The position numbers and the translations under genes are program-made. The notes below the pieces were generated by a model. The model did not search any database, was not told the DNA's origin, and saw only the letters and a list, made by a program, of their open reading frames with translations. From a virus (taxonomy: Duplodnaviria; Caudoviricetes), in IMG/VR virus record IMGVR_UViG_3300018036_002016, positions 1-60,375 of that record: DNA of 60,375 nt; one strand, given 5' to 3'. This document shows positions 47,419 through 55,345 of this stretch, in pieces (position 1 is the stretch's first letter; every line of letters begins with the position of its first letter).

Positions 47419-49287
47419 TTAACCGTCACAGCTTAAGCAGTCGGGATCAGTTGCTCTAGTTGCAATATCTCCTCGCAGAACGCTTTCCGTTCTCATGTAA
47501 TAGAGTGTTTTTATACCTTGATCGTATGCTTCAAGGTGAACCTGATTAATAAATTTAGGATCTGCTGTATTTGGAAATGCTAAGTTTAATGAAACTGACT
47601 GGTCAACATATTGCTGTCTAACTCCAGCCTGTCGTACTAGTTCCATTTGATTAATTTCCTTAAATGTTCTAAACACATCTTTTATTGGAATAAAATTAGA
47701 TCTTGCAGCCTCTGGTGCCTTTTCAAGATCTTTTTTGTGAATTGGTTTTCCCCATCCTTCTTTATTAGTGTTTAATTCACCATGATGTACATAATAGTCA
47801 TCCATCCAATCAATCCCTTGAACACTTCCTCCATCTTCTAGTATCTTATCCCAAGTATCCTTCGTGTTTTTACCGATTGATTCTAGTGCTAATTCTAATG
47901 TACTATTTTTGCGAATAAATGTTCCTTTTGCTGTTTGTTCTGTGAATACATTTGCTGCCCATGGTTCAATACCTGGAGAAACGTTTCCGCTCAATTTGCT
48001 ATTAGAAACAGTAGGTGCTACTGCTCTAAGGTGTGTATTGCGCATTCCTGTACCAACGCACCACAAAGGCTCTCCATATTCTTTTGCCATATCTCGGCTA
48101 GCCTTTTCACTTTCAGTCTTTAATTCACTAAAAATTTTGCGAGTTTCAAATTGAGCAGATAATCCCTCAAATGGAATATTTCTATCTTGTAAATAAGTGT
48201 GCCATCCTAGAACTCCAAGTCCTAATGCTCTTCCTTTTTCTGCTGAACGAATAGAGTTCTCAAACCCTCGCATGTATTTTGCCTTTTGAATAAACTCTTC
48301 GAGAACACCATCCAAGAACCAAGTTGCTGTGTAAATAAGATCAGTATCTTTCCACTCATCATATTTTGCTAGGTTTAATGAGCTTAAACAACACACAAAC
48401 GAATGATTCTCATCAGTGTGTAATGCAATTTCAGAACAAATATTGGTCATGTAAACCTTTAATCCATTGTTCTTATATGCATCTGGATTTGCGTTATTTA
48501 CATTACCTTTAAACATAATATATGGTTCTCCAGTAGCTCTACGTTTTCTTAGTAGAGCTGCCCATCTTTTACGAGCCTCTTTATCTCCTTCTTTAATCTT
48601 TTGCATAAATGCATCTGGAACAATAACGCATTGGTGTAGATTTAAAGATTGCCTATTTACATCTCCTTTTGGCTCTCTAATCTCCAACCATTCCCAGAAA
48701 TCTTTATGTTCAATGTCAATATTTACCGAAGCAGCGCCTCTACGAACTGAACCTTGGTTAGTAGCTAGAATTGTTGAATCGTAAATCTTGCAGAATGGAA
48801 CTACACCATCACTTGTACCGTTACCTCGAATAGTAGCACCTGCAGGTCTGATTTGATTGATTCCAATTCCAACACCACCTCCATGTTTTGCTAAAAGCAT
48901 CATTTCTAGGTTTTTTGCACCAATGTCGTGAATTGAATCAGCAACGTCTAGTCCAAAACAAGAAATTGGTAGACCTCTTTCAGTTCCAGTGTTAGATAGA
49001 ACCGGCGATGCTAAGTTTAACCAACCTTTCCAGATATAATCAAAAAACTTACTAGCCATTTCTGGTTTTTGTAATCTCTTTGCTACAGTGGTTGCAACTC
49101 TCCAATATGCATCTTTTGGGGTTTCTCCTTCTAGAAGGTATCCATTACTAATAGTTTTTACATATATTTCTGTATTTGCCCATGTTGGAAAATCTACACC
49201 AAGTTCCCATCCAAGGGTTTCACCATAATTGATCGCACATGCGTCTTTATCCATTTTATCTTCTTTGTTTTTAAAAAAATTAATCAT
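47419..49287 (-). CDS. nrdA: Ribonucleotide reductase class I alpha subunit (no ATP cone)
   Basis: ASPVLSN, PISCF, TNICSEI, CCLSS, APT, KTLYY and C-terminal CLSC. Confidence 0.95.
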   Translation of the reverse strand: MINFFKNKEDKMDKDACAINYGETLGWELGVDFPTWANTEIYVKTISNGYLLEGETPKDAYWRVATTVAKRLQKPEMASKFFDYIWKGWLNLASPVLSNTGTERGLPISCFGLDVADSIHDIGAKNLEMMLLAKHGGGVGIGINQIRPAGATIRGNGTSDGVVPFCKIYDSTILATNQGSVRRGAASVNIDIEHKDFWEWLEIREPKGDVNRQSLNLHQCVIVPDAFMQKIKEGDKEARKRWAALLRKRRATGEPYIMFKGNVNNANPDAYKNNGLKVYMTNICSEIALHTDENHSFVCCLSSLNLAKYDEWKDTDLIYTATWFLDGVLEEFIQKAKYMRGFENSIRSAEKGRALGLGVLGWHTYLQDRNIPFEGLSAQFETRKIFSELKTESEKASRDMAKEYGEPLWCVGTGMRNTHLRAVAPTVSNSKLSGNVSPGIEPWAANVFTEQTAKGTFIRKNSTLELALESIGKNTKDTWDKILEDGGSVQGIDWMDDYYVHHGELNTNKEGWGKPIHKKDLEKAPEAARSNFIPIKDVFRTFKEINQMELVRQAGVRQQYVDQSVSLNLAFPNTADPKFINQVHLEAYDQGIKTLYYMRTESVLRGDIATRATDPDCLSCDG

Positions 49288-49295
49288 ATACTTAT

Positions 49296-50300
49296 TTAAA
49301 AGATGTCATCTTCATCCCAGTTTTCATCCTCGCCTGCTTTTGAATAGTCAGTAGGTCTAATTGCAAAAAAGTCAGTGTGTGTTGTTCCTCCTGTTAAATG
49401 ATAGAACCAATCTAATTCAGATGCCTTTGATTCATCAAATTCCATAAATGGACCTTCAACATATCCTAATTCTGCAATTTTTTCATTTGCTCTTTTTACA
49501 ATAAAATGCTTTAGATCTTCTGCTTTTAGGTTTTCAAGATCTCCCATTTCAAACATTTTATCAATAAACTTATGCTCCATTTCTACCATTAACTCTGCTG
49601 CTCTAATAACATCGTCTTTTACTTCTTGTTTTAGTTCAGGATATTCTTCGCACATATGACGGAATAATTGACATCCCATTCTACTGTGAAGTGATTCGTC
49701 ACGAACAGACCATTTCATTTGCTGACCAATCCCCTTAAGAAGGTTACGCATCTGGAATGAATATAAAACTGCAAATGATGAATATAGTGAAACTCCTTCG
49801 GCAAAAGCAGAGAAGATTGCCAGTGATCTGGCTACCTGCTTTCTAGCTTCTGAACTTGATGCTAAATCTTCATGAGACCAATCAGCTTCAACTGAAGTTA
49901 AGTGTTCAAATTTATCAGCAGTTGCTGGTTCGTGTAGAAATGCTGTAAAGTCTTCTAGTCCTAGTGTTTCATTTAAGTATGAATATGCTGTTGCGTGAAT
50001 AGTTTCTTGTGAACCAAACATCATTGCCATTTGCTTAATTTCATGCTTTGGAAACCAGTTGGTAACCATACCAGTCCAGTAATCTGAAACTGCACATTCT
50101 GTTTGAGCAAATCCTAATAGTATATTTCCTACTAGATTTTTTTCATGTGATTCCATTTTTTCATTCCAATCTTTTACATCGCCTTGCATTGAAATTTCAG
50201 TGTGAAGCCAAAATGCTTGGGCTTGTTTTAACCAACCTTCAGTGTAGTAGATTGGATATTCAAATGGTTTAAATTCTATTCTTTCTTTAAATATTGACAT
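49296..50300 (-). CDS. nrdB: Ribonucleotide reductase class I beta subunit
   Basis: AFWL..E, ETIH...Y, EGVSLYSSF, RDESLH and DFF. Confidence 0.95.
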   Translation of the reverse strand: MSIFKERIEFKPFEYPIYYTEGWLKQAQAFWLHTEISMQGDVKDWNEKMESHEKNLVGNILLGFAQTECAVSDYWTGMVTNWFPKHEIKQMAMMFGSQETIHATAYSYLNETLGLEDFTAFLHEPATADKFEHLTSVEADWSHEDLASSSEARKQVARSLAIFSAFAEGVSLYSSFAVLYSFQMRNLLKGIGQQMKWSVRDESLHSRMGCQLFRHMCEEYPELKQEVKDDVIRAAELMVEMEHKFIDKMFEMGDLENLKAEDLKHFIVKRANEKIAELGYVEGPFMEFDESKASELDWFYHLTGGTTHTDFFAIRPTDYSKAGEDENWDEDDIF

Positions 50301-50334
50301 ATTCTTATATTACCTTATTTTTTAGACTAAAAAA

Positions 50335-50361
50335 GGTCTAAATACAAAATATTTTTAGACC
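50335..50361 (-). terminator. Terminator-like hairpin upstream of nrdB
   Basis: GGTCTAAA...TTTAGACC followed by TTTTTT. Confidence 0.55.
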
Positions 50362-50423
50362 CTATGCTTGTTGATTTCTATGTTTTTTATATATTCAGAA
50401 ACCTTCAAGCGAAGTGCACAGTA

Positions 50424-51824
50424 TTACCTAAATTTTTTTTTAAGTTCATGTGCTTTTTCATAAAATTCATATGACGTTGCTTTGTATTCTTTACGTTGAG
50501 AATAAAGATCGCTAAGAATCTTTTTTAGAATTGAGTCTTCCTTTTTATATACTACTCCATTTTCACAAACAATCTCCTCAGTATTTTTGCGACGTTCTTT
50601 GATTTCATTTGTTGGAATAATATCAACATATGCATCTGGTGAAATATTAAATTGTCTCATTACCGAAGGATATAGTGACGCAAAGTCAAATGCACTTACA
50701 CCGGAATAGTAACCAACAATAGGCTGCTTTACAAAAGCACCTGCATATTTACCATCTTTTTTATTATCTTCTTGACTATAATCTACTCCAATTTTTCGAT
50801 TTAGTTCTGCCATTTTTCGAGCCATTAGAGCTTCGGTTACAGCAACTGGTGAAGCTGCTTTATACAAAGGCATTTTTGTGATTGTTGCAAGGGTCATAAT
50901 AACTTCCATTGATTTTAACTTTTGATCGATATAATAAACCAAAATTGAATCGACTACGTTATAATAAACATATTTTTGAAAATCATTCTGATAAAGATCT
51001 TGCAATCCTCCAGTATATTTAATTTTTGCAACATCGAGAACTTGGCCAGAAACAAAATCAAGTTTATTTGATTCTTTGACTTTAACAGATCTGTCATATT
51101 TATCGTAAAGTTGCATATAATCAAGAATACCCATATGTAAAGGCCTACTATCATTTTTATCAAGAGCACCGGTGACCGCTATTTCAGTTAGGTCAAGTTG
51201 TAACCTTTTACATCGATTTACAATATATTGCCAGTCATAGTTAATAAAGTTCCAGCCCGTCATCATAGGAAACTTAGGCAAAAACTTATGCAAGAATGTA
51301 TATAGCATATTATATTCATCCTTGAATTTATAATAAGAGAACTCCCAGTCTTGATCGTACTTCTCGAAGTGTTTATTAGTGTTCTCTTCAATCTTTTTAA
51401 TTTGCTCGCTAGATAAATCATCTAAGCCAAGAACTATTGCCTTGCGATCAGGTGTGATTATTGAAAAGGTAAGAATTCTACTCTTTGCCTCTTCTGCTTT
51501 TGGAAAGCCATCAACAATCTCAGTCTCAATATCAACAAAATATGTTTTTGGCATATTAAATGCAAATATTTCTTCTTGATCGCTTTCAGGAAGAGAATCC
51601 ATAAAATAGACAAGCGAGAACTTATTAAAAGATCTCGCCCTTTGTCTTTTAATTGGGCGACCGTCCCAATTTACAAAATTCTGGTCGCGCCATTTATCTG
51701 TTTCTTCTGTTACTACCCAATTTTCAAATTGACTTACCGGGTATCTTTTAAATGCTACTTTTCCTTCTTTATTATAATACGATACAATTATTTCTTGGTC
51801 CTTTTGCTCGATGTCTAATAGCAT
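50424..51824 (-). CDS. Family-B DNA polymerase, N-terminal subunit (exonuclease plus motif A; gp43A-like)
   Basis: DIET, GWN...YD, LDY, YNVVD, GAFVK and DFASLYPS; ends in the fingers helix (QRKEYK). Confidence 0.92.
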   Translation of the reverse strand: MLLDIEQKDQEIIVSYYNKEGKVAFKRYPVSQFENWVVTEETDKWRDQNFVNWDGRPIKRQRARSFNKFSLVYFMDSLPESDQEEIFAFNMPKTYFVDIETEIVDGFPKAEEAKSRILTFSIITPDRKAIVLGLDDLSSEQIKKIEENTNKHFEKYDQDWEFSYYKFKDEYNMLYTFLHKFLPKFPMMTGWNFINYDWQYIVNRCKRLQLDLTEIAVTGALDKNDSRPLHMGILDYMQLYDKYDRSVKVKESNKLDFVSGQVLDVAKIKYTGGLQDLYQNDFQKYVYYNVVDSILVYYIDQKLKSMEVIMTLATITKMPLYKAASPVAVTEALMARKMAELNRKIGVDYSQEDNKKDGKYAGAFVKQPIVGYYSGVSAFDFASLYPSVMRQFNISPDAYVDIIPTNEIKERRKNTEEIVCENGVVYKKEDSILKKILSDLYSQRKEYKATSYEFYEKAHELKKKFR

Positions 51825-51852
51825 TTGATTTTTTTTCTAAGTTAATGTTTAA

Positions 51853-51880
51853 GTTATATTAATAGATGTAAGACTGTTTC
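51853..51880 (-). promoter_or_regulatory. Class 2 promoter GAAAC-N17-TATAAC upstream of PolB-N
   Basis: Motif copy. Confidence 0.75.
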
Positions 51881-51899
51881 TAAACCGATTGTAAAATAT

Positions 51900-52475
51900 T
51901 TATCCCCATCTTCCTAATTCATTAAATACTCTAAATTTAGAAACATATCTTCCCTGTTTTGTTCCTAACATTAAGTTGACCCATCTTCCAGCGATTTTTT
52001 TAGTCCAACTGTATCTAAAGTGCTTGTGTCCTCTGATATAAAATGTTGCAAATTGCAGACCTGTAACTGTTTTATCTCTCCATATCATGCCACCTTCTTC
52101 ACCTATGACATTATGTACTCTAATCTCAATAATGTCTCCATTTGTTTTTTTTGCCAAAGCTAACTTTAGCTGCCATGCTGGATTTCGCATAGCTACCCAT
52201 TCAAATGACTGGGAAAAACGCTCCCACTTCGTCATTCTATTGTATTCATATAGAATGTCTGCAACTTCAGGTCTTAATTCATAAAAACCATACCAGTTTT
52301 CAAGGTGGCTTGGCTCATCTTGATTTGTTAAATACCAGAGACCTAACACCTTAAATAGCCTTGGATTATTATCAATTTGGCGTCTTAATAAGTATACCAA
52401 AGGAAAGAGAAGAATACCTAAAAGTGCTCCAATTGCTTCTAAAAACTTTACAATAAAAAATCTAAGATACATCAT
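51900..52475 (-). CDS. Hypothetical protein with an N-terminal TM segment
   Basis: Hydrophobic N-terminus; W..MRNPA motif. Confidence 0.6.
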   Translation of the reverse strand: MMYLRFFIVKFLEAIGALLGILLFPLVYLLRRQIDNNPRLFKVLGLWYLTNQDEPSHLENWYGFYELRPEVADILYEYNRMTKWERFSQSFEWVAMRNPAWQLKLALAKKTNGDIIEIRVHNVIGEEGGMIWRDKTVTGLQFATFYIRGHKHFRYSWTKKIAGRWVNLMLGTKQGRYVSKFRVFNELGRWG

Positions 52476-52845
52476 TTTTACTAAGATATAAAATTATTAT
52501 ATGTGCTGCTTTATAATTAGTTGCTAATGGGACATTATGTACGTCACAAAGTCTCATCAACATTGAAATGTCAACATCATGCGGGTGTTTGTCGAGAGGA
52601 TCTCTAAAAAACACAACTGCATCCATTTCACCACGAGCAACCATTGCTCCTATTTCTGCATCACCACCAAGAGGACCACTATTTACCCGCTCTACTTTTT
52701 CCACGCCAGCATGCAAGATGCTTGCTCCCGTAGTTCCAGTTGCTACAAGTTTTACGTCTTCCCGGTTGAAGAAGTCTAGTCTCTTCATTACAAAAGCAAC
52801 CATATCTGCCTTTTTTCCATCATGGGCTACTAGTGCTATTTTCAT
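52462..52845 (-). CDS. mgsA: Methylglyoxal synthase
   Basis: IALVAHDGKK, ATGTTG, SGPLGGD, FFRDP..HPHDVD and PLATN. Confidence 0.93.
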   Translation of the reverse strand: MKIALVAHDGKKADMVAFVMKRLDFFNREDVKLVATGTTGASILHAGVEKVERVNSGPLGGDAEIGAMVARGEMDAVVFFRDPLDKHPHDVDISMLMRLCDVHNVPLATNYKAAHIIILYLSKNDVS

Positions 52846-53150
52846 TCATTTACTATTTTACGTAGTTCATATTCACTATTTCTAGTTTTAAACCTAATTA
52901 AGTCATCAGTGGCCTCAATTAATTCAGTAATTGTAGTAGTTTGCCATGTGAAAAATTGGTTAAATGGAGACATGATCAGAGACCTCTCTATTTCAGGAGT
53001 ATTATGTTTATCTTTAAAGGTACCGTCCTCATTCCATTCAATCCAAAGGATTTTACTTGAACGCTTAGTTAATCCATCATGCGAGCGAACAAGTTCCCAA
53101 TTCATCTCTTCGTGTTCTAGCAATATTTTTGGTTGTACTCCTGTTATCAT
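52842..53150 (-). CDS. Hypothetical phage protein
   Basis: Intact ORF with WQTT..TE...FKTRNSEY. Confidence 0.65.
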   Translation of the reverse strand: MITGVQPKILLEHEEMNWELVRSHDGLTKRSSKILWIEWNEDGTFKDKHNTPEIERSLIMSPFNQFFTWQTTTITELIEATDDLIRFKTRNSEYELRKIVNE

Positions 53151-53180
53151 ATCAATGTTCTATAGCTATAGAATTCTATA

Positions 53181-53208
53181 GTTATAGAAGAAGGTTCACA
53201 CTTGTTTC
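53181..53208 (-). promoter_or_regulatory. Class 2 promoter GAAAC-N17-TATAAC, in tandem with a class 1 box at 53214
   Basis: Motif copy. Confidence 0.7.
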
Positions 53209-53230
53209 CTAAGCTAATATAAACAAAAAA

Positions 53231-53252
53231 GCCGAGACTAAAAAATCTCGGC
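53231..53252 (-). terminator. Intrinsic terminator ending the tagged-gene cluster
   Basis: GCCGAGA...TCTCGGC followed by TTTTTT. Confidence 0.75.
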
Positions 53253-53277
53253 TTAAATATTTTAAAACTATTTTAAA

Positions 53278-53595
53278 TTAGTACTCAAATGGAGGAGTGC
53301 TATAATCAGATTGTTCTATTCCATACCACGTGTTTCCAATTTGAAAATACCACCATCCATATTCAGAATCATCTACTACTTTAAACTTTTTCGGTAATTT
53401 TACAGACTTTTTAGATGCTCTAGCAATATATTTTAGAACTGGAACTCCATCGTCCCATGTTTTAGTAGTCGACCTTGCATTTACTGTACTTTCATCAGAA
53501 AGTGCGTCATATACTTCAGCGTTTTTAATCTCGCTAGCAAGTGCATCAATTGCTGATTCATTTACAAATGCTTCAAATAGTTTTATATGTTTCAT
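53278..53595 (-). CDS. Putative internal head protein (tagged)
   Basis: Starts MKHIKLFEAFVNE. Confidence 0.7.
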   Translation of the reverse strand: MKHIKLFEAFVNESAIDALASEIKNAEVYDALSDESTVNARSTTKTWDDGVPVLKYIARASKKSVKLPKKFKVVDDSEYGWWYFQIGNTWYGIEQSDYSTPPFEY

Positions 53596-53849
53596 GATTA
53601 TTTAGGGGCCTTAACGGACTTTAATTTAACAACTCTATCTCCTGATTTATTATAATGAGATGATACTTCATACCATTTTCCATTGTCAGCTTGTGCAACT
53701 TCTGGTTGAGTATCTCTATCATATTGACGCTTTAGAGTGTCATAGTTTATATCTGAGAAATATTGTCTAAACTCAGAAGGATAAAGAGTAGTTGGTATTC
53801 TACCACTAGACTCATTTACAAATGCTTCAAATAGTTTTATATGTTTCAT
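53558..53849. repeat. 38-bp exact direct repeat at 53558-53595 and 53812-53849, encoding the tag
   Basis: tcatttacaaatgcttcaaatagttttatatgtttcat occurs twice. Confidence 0.95.
53598..53849 (-). CDS. Putative internal head protein (tagged)
   Basis: Starts MKHIKLFEAFVNE. Confidence 0.7.
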   Translation of the reverse strand: MKHIKLFEAFVNESSGRIPTTLYPSEFRQYFSDINYDTLKRQYDRDTQPEVAQADNGKWYEVSSHYNKSGDRVVKLKSVKAPK

Positions 53850-53860
53850 TTATATAGTTT

Positions 53861-54295
53861 TTATTTAAAGTCTGCCTTTACTCGATACTTTCTATCGGTA
53901 ATCACCTTATTCATTTCATTTGAAAGATATGCTAAGATTTCCATCTGTGCATTTTTTGCAGCTTCATCAACCGAATCTTCGGCCATATTTTTTGAAAAAT
54001 CTTCCCAATTATTTGCAGTTTCTTTATACCAATCTTTAAACTCTTCAATTAGCCTTTCTGTAAATGTATCAAATCCAGCAAGCTCTACATACTCTTCTGA
54101 AATAAATGATTCAAAAGTCTGAATATTTTTCATTTTTTTCTTTTTTCTTTTTTTCTTAAATTCTTCTTTAGCATCTCCTTGACCTGCTGGAACATCTCCG
54201 GTACCTGTGTACTCAGTAGAAGTTGGAAGTTTTACAGCTCCCATACCACCAACACTTGCTAGTGTTATGTTCATTTCTTCTACATTATCTTCCAT
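53861..54295 (-). CDS. Putative head protein: capsid N-arm-like segment, poly-Lys tract and internal tag
   Basis: GGMGAVKLP..GTGD, KKKRKKKK and MKNIQTFESFISEE. Confidence 0.65.
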   Translation of the reverse strand: MEDNVEEMNITLASVGGMGAVKLPTSTEYTGTGDVPAGQGDAKEEFKKKRKKKKMKNIQTFESFISEEYVELAGFDTFTERLIEEFKDWYKETANNWEDFSKNMAEDSVDEAAKNAQMEILAYLSNEMNKVITDRKYRVKADFK

Positions 54296-54334
54296 TGATT
54301 GCTAAATTTATTTTTAAATCGTATTTTTTACAAT

Positions 54335-54625
54335 TTATTCCCACTCGTCTTTAGTGTCCTCTGGATACTCGATTATATCTAGGAATTTATCATAACTATG
54401 ATCGTTTCCAGTATATCTTTCATCATCGCTGTAAATACCTTCTTCGTCCCAAACCATTGTTACCTTTCCATCCCAATCCGGATTTGGTGCATCTACACCG
54501 TCAACCATAATACCATCACCCCATTCTGAAGCATCGTATCCCATTTTTTTAAGTCTCTTAACTTCTTTCTTAACGTTGATTTTTTCTTCGTTAATGAATT
54601 GTTCAAATAATTTTACGTGTTTCAT
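54335..54625 (-). CDS. Putative internal head protein (tagged)
   Basis: Starts MKHVKLFEQFINE. Confidence 0.7.
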   Translation of the reverse strand: MKHVKLFEQFINEEKINVKKEVKRLKKMGYDASEWGDGIMVDGVDAPNPDWDGKVTMVWDEEGIYSDDERYTGNDHSYDKFLDIIEYPEDTKDEWE

Positions 54626-55278
54626 ATTTCAAAATTTTCTATTTCAGGAATTATTGTTTTACCCAATTCAATAAACACAGGAGCTACGGCTTTTGTAATA
54701 TAACCATATACCCATGCAAAGTCTTCTTCGCTCATAACTACCATTGGATCCTTATGATCACCTTCTGAAGGCCACGTGTATTCTCCTTGACCATAGTCAT
54801 GTTTAATCCACTCATCACCTTTAAGAGAAACTCCTAATTTTTTAGCTTGATGACGAGCTAATACTTTTTTAGCTAGGTGAAAACACTCATGCGGTAAAAC
54901 ATCCATCATTGCAGCGAATAAGCTACCGCTTGCTTCAGCCTCGCCTTTTAAACGATCCATAGTTATCCACAAAAACATATCAGCGCCGCCGTTCATTACG
55001 TTAGACATACCATAAAGAAATGCATCAGTAGGTTTAGTATCATATGCCTCAGCCTCGGCCTTTTTTAAGCCTGTCCACTTTTCAATATCTTCCGCGATTG
55101 AGAACATACCGACTGCATCTGGGCCCAAGGCTAATAGAACCTCATCGTCTATTTTAATCTCATCGCTAATATCAAATTGCAACTTAACTACTTTAGTAAC
55201 TACACCTGCATCAAGTGCTTCTGTTAGTTTAGTGGTATTCTCACTAATAAATTGTTCGAATAATTCTACGTGTTTCAT
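54622..55278 (-). CDS. Tagged protein with an HExxH motif (putative zinc peptidase)
   Basis: Starts MKHVELFEQFISE; contains HECFH and a downstream EEDFA. Confidence 0.65.
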   Translation of the reverse strand: MKHVELFEQFISENTTKLTEALDAGVVTKVVKLQFDISDEIKIDDEVLLALGPDAVGMFSIAEDIEKWTGLKKAEAEAYDTKPTDAFLYGMSNVMNGGADMFLWITMDRLKGEAEASGSLFAAMMDVLPHECFHLAKKVLARHQAKKLGVSLKGDEWIKHDYGQGEYTWPSEGDHKDPMVVMSEEDFAWVYGYITKAVAPVFIELGKTIIPEIENFEI

Positions 55279-55345
55279 AATATAATGTTTTGATTACAAT
55301 GAGTGCCATGGTTTAATCCAATACTCAAAAAAAACTTTTTTAAGT

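Noticed and set aside
45315-51824. Split intein or intron linking the polymerase halves; inteins in NrdA, terminase or helicase
   Set aside because: No Cys/Ser-start or His-Asn-end intein blocks and no homing endonuclease motifs are visible, and protein sizes are ordinary.
55279-55345. Weak hairpin TGAGT...ACTCA between the 891-aa and 218-aa genes
   Set aside because: The stem is short and mismatched with no U-tract, and is not distinguishable from chance.
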